In this document: positions 18,683-27,390 of the stretch, piece by piece | Position numbering within the stretch: the stretch's first letter is position 1 | How the letters are laid out: every line of letters begins with the position of its first letter | Assembly (NCBI GenBank): GCA_045616465.1 | Contig: JAZLGW010000016.1 | Coordinates: 14,900-78,899, forward strand | DNA: 64,000 nucleotides | Reading direction: 5' to 3' | Source of the DNA: Lachnospiraceae bacterium | GTDB taxonomy: Bacteria > Bacillota > Clostridia > Lachnospirales > Lachnospiraceae | Position numbers and translations under genes: made by a program | The notes under the pieces: generated by a model | Told to the model about the DNA's origin: nothing | The model's database searches: none | What the model saw: only the letters and a program-made list of their open reading frames with translations

Positions 18683-18709
18683 ATCTGCCTGCTAAAAGTG
18701 CAGGCAGAT
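18683..18709 (+). promoter_or_regulatory. perfect 10-bp stem hairpin in the rpsK-rpsD spacer (no U-tract)
   Basis: ATCTGCCTGC-taaaagt-GCAGGCAGAT. Confidence 0.35.
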
Positions 18710-18794
18710 ATGTTATATAGGAACTTATTGTTTTTAGTACGTTGGAAGAAGAATAGCAGGGCTATTTGTAAACAACAAATTGGAGGAAATTAAA

Positions 18795-19469
18795 ATGGCA
18801 ATAAATCGTGTACCTGTATTAAAGAGATGTAGAGTACTTGGTCTTGATCCCAGCGTTCTTGGTGTTGAGAAGTATACCCACACCAGCGAGTGGAAGAGAG
18901 AAGTTGATGGACAGAAGAAGAACATCAACAAGCGTCTTGACAGACATATGAACGAATCTATCCGTAACTTAAAGAACCCTAACAAGAAGGTTTCTGAGTA
19001 CGGTATGCAGCTTCGTGAAAAGCAGAAGGCTAAGTTCATCTATGGTGTACTTGAGAAGCCTTTCAGAAATTACTATGAGAACGCTGACCGTATGAAGGGA
19101 CAGACTGGTGAAAACCTTATGATCCTTCTTGAGTCCAGACTTGACAGCGTAATCTTCCGTATGGGTCTTGCTAGAACCCGTAAGGAGTCTCGCCAGGTTG
19201 TTGGTCACAAGCACGTTCTTGTAAATGGCAAGAAGATTAATATCCCTTCCTATCAGGTTAAAGCTGGTGATGTAATCGAGCTTACCGAGAAGGCAAAGGG
19301 AATGCAGAGATATAAGGACGTAATCGAAGTTACCGAGCACAGAATCGTTCCTGCTTGGATGGAAGTAGATTACGAAGCAAAGAAGGGTACCGTTAAGGCT
19401 CTTCCTACCAGAGAAGAAATCGATGTACCTGTTAACGAGATGCTTATCGTCGAGTTATACTCCAAGTAA
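18795..19469 (+). CDS. rpsD: 30S ribosomal protein S4 (with a ~20-aa N-terminal-region insertion)
   Basis: ATG 18795 follows a GGAGG SD (ORF track starts at 18780). [21 protein letters not shown] and [19 protein letters not shown]4 motifs. Confidence 0.95.
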   Translation: MAINRVPVLKRCRVLGLDPSVLGVEKYTHTSEWKREVDGQKKNINKRLDRHMNESIRNLKNPNKKVSEYGMQLREKQKAKFIYGVLEKPFRNYYENADRMKGQTGENLMILLESRLDSVIFRMGLARTRKESRQVVGHKHVLVNGKKINIPSYQVKAGDVIELTEKAKGMQRYKDVIEVTEHRIVPAWMEVDYEAKKGTVKALPTREEIDVPVNEMLIVELYSK

Positions 19470-19528
19470 ATCCCAGCACTGTAACATGGAACTACTAGCC
19501 TTTATTTTACGAAGAAGGAGGATGTACT

Positions 19529-20476
19529 ATGCTAGCATTAGATAATTGCCCTAATGTTAAAATTGCTGAGATTTCTGCGGATAAGAAGTACGGTCGTTTT
19601 GTAATTTCACCCTTAGCACATGGCTATGGTATTACCTTAGGAAACGCACTTCGCCGCATTATGCTTGCATCAACCCCTGGTGCAGCAGTAAGTCAGGTAA
19701 AGATGGATGGCGTTCTTCATGAGTTCACCACCATTCCTGGCGTAAAAGAAGATGTAACCGAGATTATCTTAAACATCAAGAAACTTGCAATTTGTGATAA
19801 TAGTGGAAACACAGATCCTAAGAAGGGACACATTTCCTTTGAAGGTAACGGTGAAGTAACTGCGAAGGATATTCGTTTTGAAGATCCTGATGTAGTAATC
19901 ATCAACAAAGAGCAGACCATTGCAACTTTAAGCGGTGGTAAAGAATCTAGATTAGAGATGGATCTTGTTGTCACCAGTGGACGTGGTTATGCTTCTTCTG
20001 AAAAGAATAAGAAGAACGATTGTCCTATTGGTAGTATCGCAGTCGATTCTCTTTACACCCCTGTTACAAGGGTGAATATGACCGTTGAAGAGAAGGAAGA
20101 CAACACCGATGAACTTACACTTGATGTATATACCAACGGTGCACTTTCTCCTGATGTGGTTGTAGCATTGGCAGCAAAGGTATTTTCTGAGCATCTTTTC
20201 TTATTTGAGAATCTCTCTGAGACCGCAAATAAGGTAAAGAACGTTGCAGAGCAGGCGGAAGCTGATGCTCCTGCAAATGCCAATATTAGAATCGAGGAGT
20301 TGGATTTAAGTCAGCGTCCCTATAATGCATTAAAGCGTACTGGTATTGATACAATTGCGCAGCTTATGGAGATGACAGCAGCAGAGGTTAAGAAGATTCG
20401 TAACCTTGGTGCGTCCAGCTACGATGAGATTGTTGCGAAGTTGTTAGAGCATGGCTTCCATTTGAAGTCAGAATAG
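19529..20476 (+). CDS. rpoA: DNA-directed RNA polymerase alpha subunit, paralogue 1 (canonical N-terminal beta-contact motifs; degenerate TRVGQ..DKL block and altered CTD)
   Basis: 315 aa; LGNALRRIMLASTPGAAV, DGVLHEFTTIPGVKEDVTEIILNIKKLA, RGY..PIG..YTPV; CTD IEELDLSQRPYNALKRTGIDTI; AAGGAGGA SD. Confidence 0.9.
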   Translation: MLALDNCPNVKIAEISADKKYGRFVISPLAHGYGITLGNALRRIMLASTPGAAVSQVKMDGVLHEFTTIPGVKEDVTEIILNIKKLAICDNSGNTDPKKGHISFEGNGEVTAKDIRFEDPDVVIINKEQTIATLSGGKESRLEMDLVVTSGRGYASSEKNKKNDCPIGSIAVDSLYTPVTRVNMTVEEKEDNTDELTLDVYTNGALSPDVVVALAAKVFSEHLFLFENLSETANKVKNVAEQAEADAPANANIRIEELDLSQRPYNALKRTGIDTIAQLMEMTAAEVKKIRNLGASSYDEIVAKLLEHGFHLKSE

Positions 20477-20495
20477 TTTCGGAAAGGCGTGTACT

Positions 20496-21452
20496 ATGAT
20501 AACATTCGAGTTTAATAGTCCTAACATTGAAATAGCAGATCTTTCCGAAGATAAGAAGTATGGACGCTTCGTAATTGAACCTTTGGAAAGAGGTTATGGA
20601 ATTACCATCGGTAAGGCTTTAAAGCGAGTTATGCAGGCATCTTTACCTGGAACCGCTATTTCTAGCGTAAGCATCGATGGCGCAGATGCTGGCAAGGATA
20701 CTGTTGCTGGCGTAAAGGAAATACTTCCTGAAATTCTTGTAAATTTCAAGAGTATTGCGATTGTGGATAATACGGAAGATGATGCTCCTAAGACTGCTAA
20801 GATTGCTTTCGAAGGAACTGGCGCAGTAAAGGCATCTGATATTGTTCTTCCTGAAGGACTTTCCGTAATGGATCCCGATCTTACCATCGCAACGATGGAA
20901 AAGAATGGCAAGTTTACAGCAACCCTTACAATCACAAAGGGAATTGGATATGTTCCTTCCGATGTAGTTGCAAAGGGACTTAAGGGAAGTGAGATTGCGT
21001 TAGATGCGATTTACACCCCCGTAGAGCGCGTGATTGATAAGGTAGAAGATACTCGTGTAGGTCAGGTTACGGACTACGATAAGCTTACCTTAGAGGTTTA
21101 TACAGATGGAACCGCTAGCGCTGATCAGGTTGTAAGCAATGCAGCAAAGTTATTAAACAGCCAGTTGGGTGCGTTCACCGCATTATCTGAGATTGCGCAG
21201 AGCGCTCAGGTTATGAATGATACCACCGACAGCCCGGTTGAGAAAGAATTAGATACCACCATCGAGGATCTTGAACTCTCCGTTCGTTCTCGTAACTGTC
21301 TTATGAGAGTTGGTATCAACACCATCGCTGATCTTTGCAAGAAGACGATGAAAGAACTTGGAGAGATTAAGAATTTTGGTGGTAAGTGCCTTGATGAAGT
21401 TGTAGAGAAACTTCATGAAAGAGGACTGGGACTTAGATCTAGCGAGGACTAA
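20496..21452 (+). CDS. rpoA: DNA-directed RNA polymerase alpha subunit, paralogue 2 (degenerate VLHEF block; canonical TRVGQ..DKL block and near-canonical CTD)
   Basis: 318 aa; KYGRFVIEPLERGYGITIG, YTPVERVIDKVEDTRVGQVTDYDKLTLEVYTDG, CTD IEDLELSVRSRNCLMRVGINTI..NFGGKCLDEV. Lies 19 nt after paralogue 1 with its own GAAAGG SD. Confidence 0.88.
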   Translation: MITFEFNSPNIEIADLSEDKKYGRFVIEPLERGYGITIGKALKRVMQASLPGTAISSVSIDGADAGKDTVAGVKEILPEILVNFKSIAIVDNTEDDAPKTAKIAFEGTGAVKASDIVLPEGLSVMDPDLTIATMEKNGKFTATLTITKGIGYVPSDVVAKGLKGSEIALDAIYTPVERVIDKVEDTRVGQVTDYDKLTLEVYTDGTASADQVVSNAAKLLNSQLGAFTALSEIAQSAQVMNDTTDSPVEKELDTTIEDLELSVRSRNCLMRVGINTIADLCKKTMKELGEIKNFGGKCLDEVVEKLHERGLGLRSSED

Positions 21453-21480
21453 TCCCTAATACAGTTTGTAGGCAGGCCCG

Positions 21481-21496
21481 GTAAGACCAAAGAGCG
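21481..21496 (+). repeat. direct repeat copy 1 in the rplQ leader (gtaagaccaaagagcg)
   Basis: 14/16 identical to 21541..21556, exactly 60 nt downstream. Confidence 0.5.
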
Positions 21497-21540
21497 CGGG
21501 ATTGTCATATAGCAGAGTCGTGGAGCCAGTTGCGAAGCTA

Positions 21541-21556
21541 GTAAGTCCAAAGTGCA
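21541..21556 (+). repeat. direct repeat copy 2 in the rplQ leader (gtaagtccaaagtgca)
   Basis: See copy 1. Confidence 0.5.
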
Positions 21557-21583
21557 TAGATTCGTAACCCACAGAAGAAAAAA

Positions 21584-21630
21584 GGAGAATAAATTCTCCC
21601 CTCACCGTGAGGGGCTCGGATTTTCTTCGA
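21584..21630 (+). promoter_or_regulatory. attenuator-like pair of mutually exclusive hairpins, the second terminator-like, just upstream of rplQ
   Basis: GGAGAA-taaa-TTCTCC (21584..21599) shares bases with CCCCTCA-ccg-TGAGGGG (21598..21614), which is followed by ctcggaTTTTCTT. Confidence 0.4.
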
Positions 21631-21650
21631 AAACTAAAGGAGAATTAAAA

Positions 21651-22187
21651 ATGGCAAAGTACAGAAAACTCAGCAAGACTGCTGACCAGAGAAAAGCATT
21701 ACTCAGAAACCAGATTACCATGCTTGTAAATAGCGGACGTATCGTTACCACCCAGGCAAGAGCTAAGGAAGTGCAGAAGCAGGTTGAATCCTTAATCGCT
21801 CTCGCTGTTAAGGAGAAGGATAACTACGAAACCGTTAAGGTTATGACCAAGGTTGCTCGTAAGGACAAGGACGGCAAGCGTGTTAAGGAAGAAGTTAACG
21901 GCAAGAAGGTTACCGTATTCGACGAAGTTGAAAAGGAAATCAAGAAGGATAAGCCTAGCAGACTTGCAGCAAGACGTAAGATGATGACTACTCTTTACAC
22001 CTTAACAGATGTACCTGAGACCAAGGCTGGCAAGAAGAAGGGTACCAAGAAGGTTGATCTTGCGAATAAGCTCTTCGAAGAAATCGCTCCTAAGTATGCT
22101 GATCGCAATGGTGGTTATACTAGAATCATCAAGATCGGACCTCGTAAGGGTGATGCAGCTGAGATGGTAGTAATCGAGCTTGTATAA
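21651..22187 (+). CDS. rplQ: 50S ribosomal protein L17 (178 aa, with a large Lys/Glu-rich internal insertion)
   Basis: ATG 21651 follows an AAAGGAGA SD (ORF track starts at 21552). N-term [21 protein letters not shown] and C-term [30 protein letters not shown] are canonical L17. Confidence 0.93.
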   Translation: MAKYRKLSKTADQRKALLRNQITMLVNSGRIVTTQARAKEVQKQVESLIALAVKEKDNYETVKVMTKVARKDKDGKRVKEEVNGKKVTVFDEVEKEIKKDKPSRLAARRKMMTTLYTLTDVPETKAGKKKGTKKVDLANKLFEEIAPKYADRNGGYTRIIKIGPRKGDAAEMVVIELV

Positions 22188-22202
22188 GATTTGTACGATG
22201 AG

Positions 22203-22233
22203 AAGCGCCGGCATTGTCGGCGTTTCTTTTTTT
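22203..22233 (+). terminator. intrinsic terminator after rplQ
   Basis: AAGCGCCG-gcattgt-CGGCGTTT followed by cTTTTTTT. Confidence 0.75.
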
Positions 22234-22240
22234 CAGAATA

Positions 22241-23125
22241 ATGGGCATTATTAAGACAATACGGCTGACATTTGATTATATTAGACGCGATGAAGAGGGG
22301 AATGTAGAAGGCATTACCACAGCGGTAGATGATTTGACACTGGATATAAATGCCGGTGATTTTGTCGCGATTCTTGGTCATAATGGTTCCGGAAAATCTA
22401 CGCTTGCAAAGCATTTTAATAGTATTTTGCATCCAACAGAAGGAACGGTTCTGGTAGATGGAAAAGATACCATGGACGAAGAAAACGTCTGGGAAATCAG
22501 ACAGACAGCCGGAATGGTATTCCAAAATCCCGATAATCAGATTATTGGCCAGGTTGTAGAGGAAGATGTAGGATTTGGTCTGGAAAATATGGGCGTAGAG
22601 ACAAAGGAAATCTGGAGACGCGTGGAAGAAGCGCTTGATAAGGTAGGGATGCTTGCCTACCGAACCGCATCACCGGATAAATTATCTGGTGGCCAGAAGC
22701 AGCGTGTCTCTATCGCGGGCGTAATTGCCATGAAACCACGCTGTATTATTTTGGACGAACCAACTGCCATGTTAGATCCAATCGGCCGTATGGAGGTCAT
22801 ATCGGCCGTTAAAGAGCTTAATCAAAAAGAAGATATAACGGTTATATTGATTACCCATTATATGGATGAAGTGATTCATGCAGATAAGGTCTATGTAATG
22901 GATAAAGGAAAAATTGCTTTCGCAGGAACGCCCAAAGAGGTATTTTCAAGAGTTGAGGATTTGGAAGAACTTCGCCTGAGTGTGCCTCCTGTAACACTTT
23001 TAGCCCATGAATTGAGACAGGAAGGTCTTCCGCTTCCTGCTGGAATAATAACCAGGGAAGAACTCATTTCGGAATTAAAAAAGTTAAAGCAGAAAGGCTT
23101 TCAAATCAATGTCCCTAAAAGATAA
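22241..23125 (+). CDS. ecfA1: energy-coupling-factor transporter ATPase EcfA1
   Basis: GHNGSGKST Walker A, LSGGQKQRV signature; conserved position after rplQ. ATG 22241 chosen because the ORF-track TTG 22214 lies inside the terminator. No obvious SD. Confidence 0.88.
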   Translation: MGIIKTIRLTFDYIRRDEEGNVEGITTAVDDLTLDINAGDFVAILGHNGSGKSTLAKHFNSILHPTEGTVLVDGKDTMDEENVWEIRQTAGMVFQNPDNQIIGQVVEEDVGFGLENMGVETKEIWRRVEEALDKVGMLAYRTASPDKLSGGQKQRVSIAGVIAMKPRCIILDEPTAMLDPIGRMEVISAVKELNQKEDITVILITHYMDEVIHADKVYVMDKGKIAFAGTPKEVFSRVEDLEELRLSVPPVTLLAHELRQEGLPLPAGIITREELISELKKLKQKGFQINVPKR

Positions 23126-23969
23126 GATTCTTATTGCAGATCATCTTTCATACGAATATGGACAAGGTACTGAGCGCGTGGTCAGGGCTCTTGACGACGT
23201 TTCTTTTTCTTTGGAAGCAGGAGAGATGGTAGGACTGATTGGTCATACTGGTTCTGGTAAATCTACCTTTATCCAGCACCTCAATGGATTATTATCCCCC
23301 CATACCGGTAGTGTGTACTTCCACGGAAAAGATATTAAAGATAAAGATTTTGACCGCAAGAAATTCAGAGGGCAGGTGGGCTTGGTTTTTCAGTATCCTG
23401 AGCACCAGCTCTTCGAAGAAACGGTGCACAAGGATGTATTATTTGGCCCGAAAAATATGGGGGTATCTGCCAAGGAGGCAGATCTTCGCGCATATGAAGC
23501 TTTAAAGATGGTGGGACTTGAAGATGAATACTTTTATCAGTCGCCCTTTGATTTGTCTGGTGGACAAAAAAGAAAAGTAGCCATAGCAGGGGTGCTAGCC
23601 ATGCGGCCTGAGGTACTGATTTTGGATGAGCCTACCGCAGGATTAGATCCCAGGGGAAGAGAAGAAATGCTCTCCCTGATTTCCTCTTTCAGAGAAAAAC
23701 AAAATATGAGTATCATTTTGGTTTCTCATAGTATGGAGGATGTGGCAGAGTATGCCAGCCGCATTTTGGTAATGGACAAAGGGAAAATCGTTTATGACGA
23801 TACACCCAGCGAAGTTTTTAAACACTATAAGCATCTGGAAGAGATGGGATTAAAAGCGCCAGAAATGACGTACACCACCGCAGAGCTTAAAGAAGCATTA
23901 TGCCCAGAACTTCCTGTTGTAACGACGCTTCACGAGGCTAAGAAAGCCATTATAGAGCAGTTCCAGTAA
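23109..23969 (+). CDS. ecfA2: energy-coupling-factor transporter ATPase EcfA2
   Basis: 286 aa; GHTGSGKST, LSGGQKRKV, ILDEPTAGLD. Confidence 0.92.
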   Translation: MSLKDKILIADHLSYEYGQGTERVVRALDDVSFSLEAGEMVGLIGHTGSGKSTFIQHLNGLLSPHTGSVYFHGKDIKDKDFDRKKFRGQVGLVFQYPEHQLFEETVHKDVLFGPKNMGVSAKEADLRAYEALKMVGLEDEYFYQSPFDLSGGQKRKVAIAGVLAMRPEVLILDEPTAGLDPRGREEMLSLISSFREKQNMSIILVSHSMEDVAEYASRILVMDKGKIVYDDTPSEVFKHYKHLEEMGLKAPEMTYTTAELKEALCPELPVVTTLHEAKKAIIEQFQ

Positions 23970-23971
23970 AA

Positions 23972-24793
23972 ATGTTAAGAGATATTACCCTTGGACAATA
24001 TTATCAGACGGAGTCCGTTCTCCATAGATTAGATCCCAGAACGAAGATTTTGGTGACCTTTGTTTATATTATTAGCCTCTTTTTGTTCACCAACATTTAT
24101 GTTTATGCGCTGGCGGCGCTAATGCTTGTTTTGATGATTGGGCTTAGTCATGTACCTTTTAAATTCATCATCAGGGGCATGAAAAGCATTATGGTATTAC
24201 TATTAATTACCGTTGTGTTTAACCTGTTTATGACAAAGGGAGAAACGATGGTCTCTTTTTGGAAACTGACCATTACGTATGAGGGGTTACGAAGTGCAGG
24301 CTTTATGGCGCTTCGCCTGATTTTTCTTATACTCGGCGCGTCTCTTATGACATTAACCACAACCCCCAGCCAGTTAACGGATGGATTGGAAAGTGTATTT
24401 GGCTGGCTTAAAATATTCAAAGTTCCTGTGCATGAGCTTGCAATGATGATGTCTATCGCACTTAGATTTATTCCTATCTTGGTTGATGAAACGGACAAGA
24501 TTATGAAGGCACAGCTTGCCAGAGGTGCCGATTTTGAAAGCAGAAACTTACTAAAAAAAGCAAAGAGTTTTATTCCGGTTTTGGTTCCCCTATTTGTTTC
24601 TGCATTTCGTAGAGCGGGCGATCTTGCGATGGCTATGGAAGCGAGATGTTATCGTGGTGGAAAAGGCCGAACCAAAATGAAACCGCTTCGCTATAAGAAA
24701 CGGGACGTGTTAACGTACATTGTGTATGCTTGGTACCTGGCAGGCATTTTCCTGTGTGGCCTACTGCTACCGAAAATTCTTCCGTTTTCCTAG
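23972..24793 (+). CDS. ecfT: energy-coupling-factor transporter transmembrane subunit EcfT
   Basis: 273 aa; polytopic; LDPRTKI N-terminal motif and ARGADF motif; follows ecfA1A2. Confidence 0.9.
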   Translation: MLRDITLGQYYQTESVLHRLDPRTKILVTFVYIISLFLFTNIYVYALAALMLVLMIGLSHVPFKFIIRGMKSIMVLLLITVVFNLFMTKGETMVSFWKLTITYEGLRSAGFMALRLIFLILGASLMTLTTTPSQLTDGLESVFGWLKIFKVPVHELAMMMSIALRFIPILVDETDKIMKAQLARGADFESRNLLKKAKSFIPVLVPLFVSAFRRAGDLAMAMEARCYRGGKGRTKMKPLRYKKRDVLTYIVYAWYLAGIFLCGLLLPKILPFS

Positions 24794-24899
24794 GGGCATT
24801 TTTGCGACCTCTCTTTTGCAGCTAGGGACATAATGGTATAATTTATTGTTGTATGAAAATCAAGTAATAAGATTATGACATAGAGAAAGGAAAGACAAG

Positions 24900-27182
24900 A
24901 TGATTCAGTTACGTGATGGTGGCGCATATTTATTAAATGGCGTAACACTTGCAGATGAAGCAGCTGTTAAGGCGCAGACTGGAAAGGATGTAAGCCAGGC
25001 AGAGGCAAAGCAGGCAACCATGGCATATGGTATTCTGAAAGCACACAATACCAGTGACAACATGGAGCATTTAAAGATTAAGTTCGATAAACTTACCAGC
25101 CATGATATTACCTTCGTTGGTATTATTCAGACGGCGCGTGCGTCAGGACTTAAAAAGTTCCCCATTCCTTATGTACTGACCAACTGCCACAACTCTCTTT
25201 GTGCAGTAGGTGGAACCATCAATGAAGATGACCACATGTTTGGTCTTACCTGTGCGAAGAAGTACGGCGGTATTTATGTACCTCCTCATCAGGCAGTTAT
25301 TCACCAGTTTGCGCGCGAAATGTTAGCAGGCGGTGGCAGAATGATTTTGGGTTCTGATTCTCACACCCGTTATGGCGCACTTGGAACGATGGCAATGGGT
25401 GAAGGTGGTCCTGAGCTTGTTAAGCAGTTATTAAACCAGACTTATGACATTGATATGCCTGGTGTTGTTGCGGTGTATATGACCGGTGAACCTATGAAGG
25501 GTGTTGGTCCGCAGGACGTTGCGCTTGCAATCATCGGAGCCGTATTTAAGAATGGCTATGTAAAGAATAAAGTAATGGAATTCGTTGGCCCTGGCGTAAA
25601 GAACCTTTCTGCTGATTTCAGAATTGGCGTGGATGTTATGACGACGGAGACAACCTGTTTATCTTCTATCTGGCAGACCGATGAGAAGATTGCAGAATTC
25701 TATGAAATTCATAACAGACCAGAAGACTATAAGGAAGTGAAGCCTGGCGATGTGGCTTACTACGATGGTGTCATTGAAGTTGACCTTAGCAAGATTAAGC
25801 CTATGATTGCAATGCCTTTCCATCCTTCTAACACATACACCATTGATGAGTTAAATGCGAATCTGGAAGACATTCTTGCAGACTGCGAGAAGAAGGCATT
25901 GGTATCCCTCGATGGTGCAGTAGACTTCAAACTTCGCGATAAGATTAGAAACGGTAAGCTTTATGTAGAACAGGGTGTTATCGCTGGTTGTGCTGGTGGT
26001 GGTTTTGAAAATATTTGTGCAGCAGCAGATATCCTAAATGGTGCTTCCATTGGTCCTGATGAGTTCACCCTTAATGTATATCCTGCTTCTATGCCGGTAT
26101 ATATGGAACTGATTAAGAATGGCGCAGCAGCAAAGATTATGCAGACTGGTGCCATCATGAAGACAGCATTCTGCGGTCCCTGCTTTGGTGCAGGAGATAC
26201 GCCTGCGAACAATGCATTCTCCATTCGTCACTCTACCAGAAACTTCCCCAACAGAGAAGGTTCCAAATTACAGAGTGGACAGATTGCTTCTGTTGCACTT
26301 ATGGATGCACGTTCTATTGCAGCAACCGCTGCAAACAAGGGTTACCTTACCCCTGCAACCGAAGTGCCTGATAAGATCGGTGAATACAAGTATTATTTTG
26401 ATAAGAGCATCTATGAGAATCGTGTATTTGATTCTAAGGGTGTGGCTGATGATAGCGTTGAGATTAAGTTTGGCCCTAACATTAAGGACTGGCCGACAAT
26501 GGGCGCGCTTCCTGAAAATTTAGTACTTCGTGTGGTTTCTGAGATTCACGATCCTGTTACAACTACGGATGAGCTTATTCCTTCCGGTGAAACTTCTTCT
26601 TACAGAAGTAACCCGCTTGGACTTGCAGAGTTTACATTAAGCCGTAAGGATCCTGCGTATGTAGGCCTTGCAAAGGACATCCAGAAGGCAGAAAAGGCCA
26701 GAATGGAAGGAACCTGTCCTTGTGAGGTACATCCTGATGTGAAGCCCGTTATGACTGTTGTTAAGTCTCAGTTTGCTGATGCGAGCCATGAGAATACCGG
26801 ATTTGGTTCTACCATCTTTGCTGTAAAGCCCGGTGATGGTTCTGCGAGAGAGCAGGCAGCATCCTGCCAGAAGGTACTTGGCGGTTGGGCTAATATTGCT
26901 AACGAGTATGCAACCAAGAGATACCGCAGCAACTTAATCAACTGGGGTATGCTTCCTTTCGTAATTCCTGAAGGTGCACTTCCTTTCACCAATAAGGATT
27001 ACCTCTTCTTCCCTGGCATTAGAAAGGCTGTTGAAGAAAAGGCGGCAGAGATTAAGGGATATACCGTTGATGTAAATGGCAACGCATTAAAAGAATTTAC
27101 GGTAACTCTCGGTAGTCTCACCGATGAGGAAAGACAGATTATCCTGAAAGGATGCCTCATTAACTACAATCGAGTAGACTAA
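24900..27182 (+). CDS. aconitase-family hydratase (aconitate hydratase, ~760-aa clostridial type)
   Basis: 760 aa; GSDSHT, CGPCFG and Fe-S Cys ligand contexts typical of the aconitase family. Confidence 0.8.
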   Translation: MIQLRDGGAYLLNGVTLADEAAVKAQTGKDVSQAEAKQATMAYGILKAHNTSDNMEHLKIKFDKLTSHDITFVGIIQTARASGLKKFPIPYVLTNCHNSLCAVGGTINEDDHMFGLTCAKKYGGIYVPPHQAVIHQFAREMLAGGGRMILGSDSHTRYGALGTMAMGEGGPELVKQLLNQTYDIDMPGVVAVYMTGEPMKGVGPQDVALAIIGAVFKNGYVKNKVMEFVGPGVKNLSADFRIGVDVMTTETTCLSSIWQTDEKIAEFYEIHNRPEDYKEVKPGDVAYYDGVIEVDLSKIKPMIAMPFHPSNTYTIDELNANLEDILADCEKKALVSLDGAVDFKLRDKIRNGKLYVEQGVIAGCAGGGFENICAAADILNGASIGPDEFTLNVYPASMPVYMELIKNGAAAKIMQTGAIMKTAFCGPCFGAGDTPANNAFSIRHSTRNFPNREGSKLQSGQIASVALMDARSIAATAANKGYLTPATEVPDKIGEYKYYFDKSIYENRVFDSKGVADDSVEIKFGPNIKDWPTMGALPENLVLRVVSEIHDPVTTTDELIPSGETSSYRSNPLGLAEFTLSRKDPAYVGLAKDIQKAEKARMEGTCPCEVHPDVKPVMTVVKSQFADASHENTGFGSTIFAVKPGDGSAREQAASCQKVLGGWANIANEYATKRYRSNLINWGMLPFVIPEGALPFTNKDYLFFPGIRKAVEEKAAEIKGYTVDVNGNALKEFTVTLGSLTDEERQIILKGCLINYNRVD

Positions 27183-27204
27183 ATTATAAAAAAGTATTTA
27201 TGCA

Positions 27205-27238
27205 AAAAGGAGGTAATGTAATACATTGCCTCCTTTTT
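27205..27238 (+). terminator. intrinsic terminator after the aconitase gene
   Basis: AAAAGGAGGTAATG-taata-CATTGCCTCCTTTTT. Confidence 0.7.
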
Positions 27239-27305
27239 ATAATAGAAAAGTTCGTCGCATTTAACTCTCGTATACGGTAAAGAAAATAAAGAAACGTATA
27301 AGCTC

Positions 27306-27334
27306 TTGACGACTAATATTATGTGATGTAATAT
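27306..27334 (+). promoter_or_regulatory. sigma-A promoter of the HTH/HipA-like module
   Basis: TTGACG-17 nt-TAATAT. Confidence 0.5.
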
Positions 27335-27390
27335 ATGTAACCAAATAGGATACAATAATAAAGTGGATAACCAAATTGGGCACATTGAAT

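Noticed and set aside
19529-21452. The second rpoA as an assembly duplication or a pseudogene
   Set aside because: The copies differ at most nucleotide positions. Both frames are intact over more than 315 codons, both have an SD, and the conserved blocks are retained in a complementary pattern rather than randomly decayed. Expression still needs experimental proof.
22115-22525. 136-aa minus-strand ORF overlapping the rplQ end and ecfA1
   Set aside because: It is antisense to conserved genes and spans the terminator, so it is a shadow ORF.
24900-27182. Assigning the aconitase-family gene a specific symbol (acnA/acnB) or substrate
   Set aside because: Family membership is clear, but I cannot distinguish aconitase from related hydratases without a profile or phylogenetic analysis. 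The symbol is left empty.
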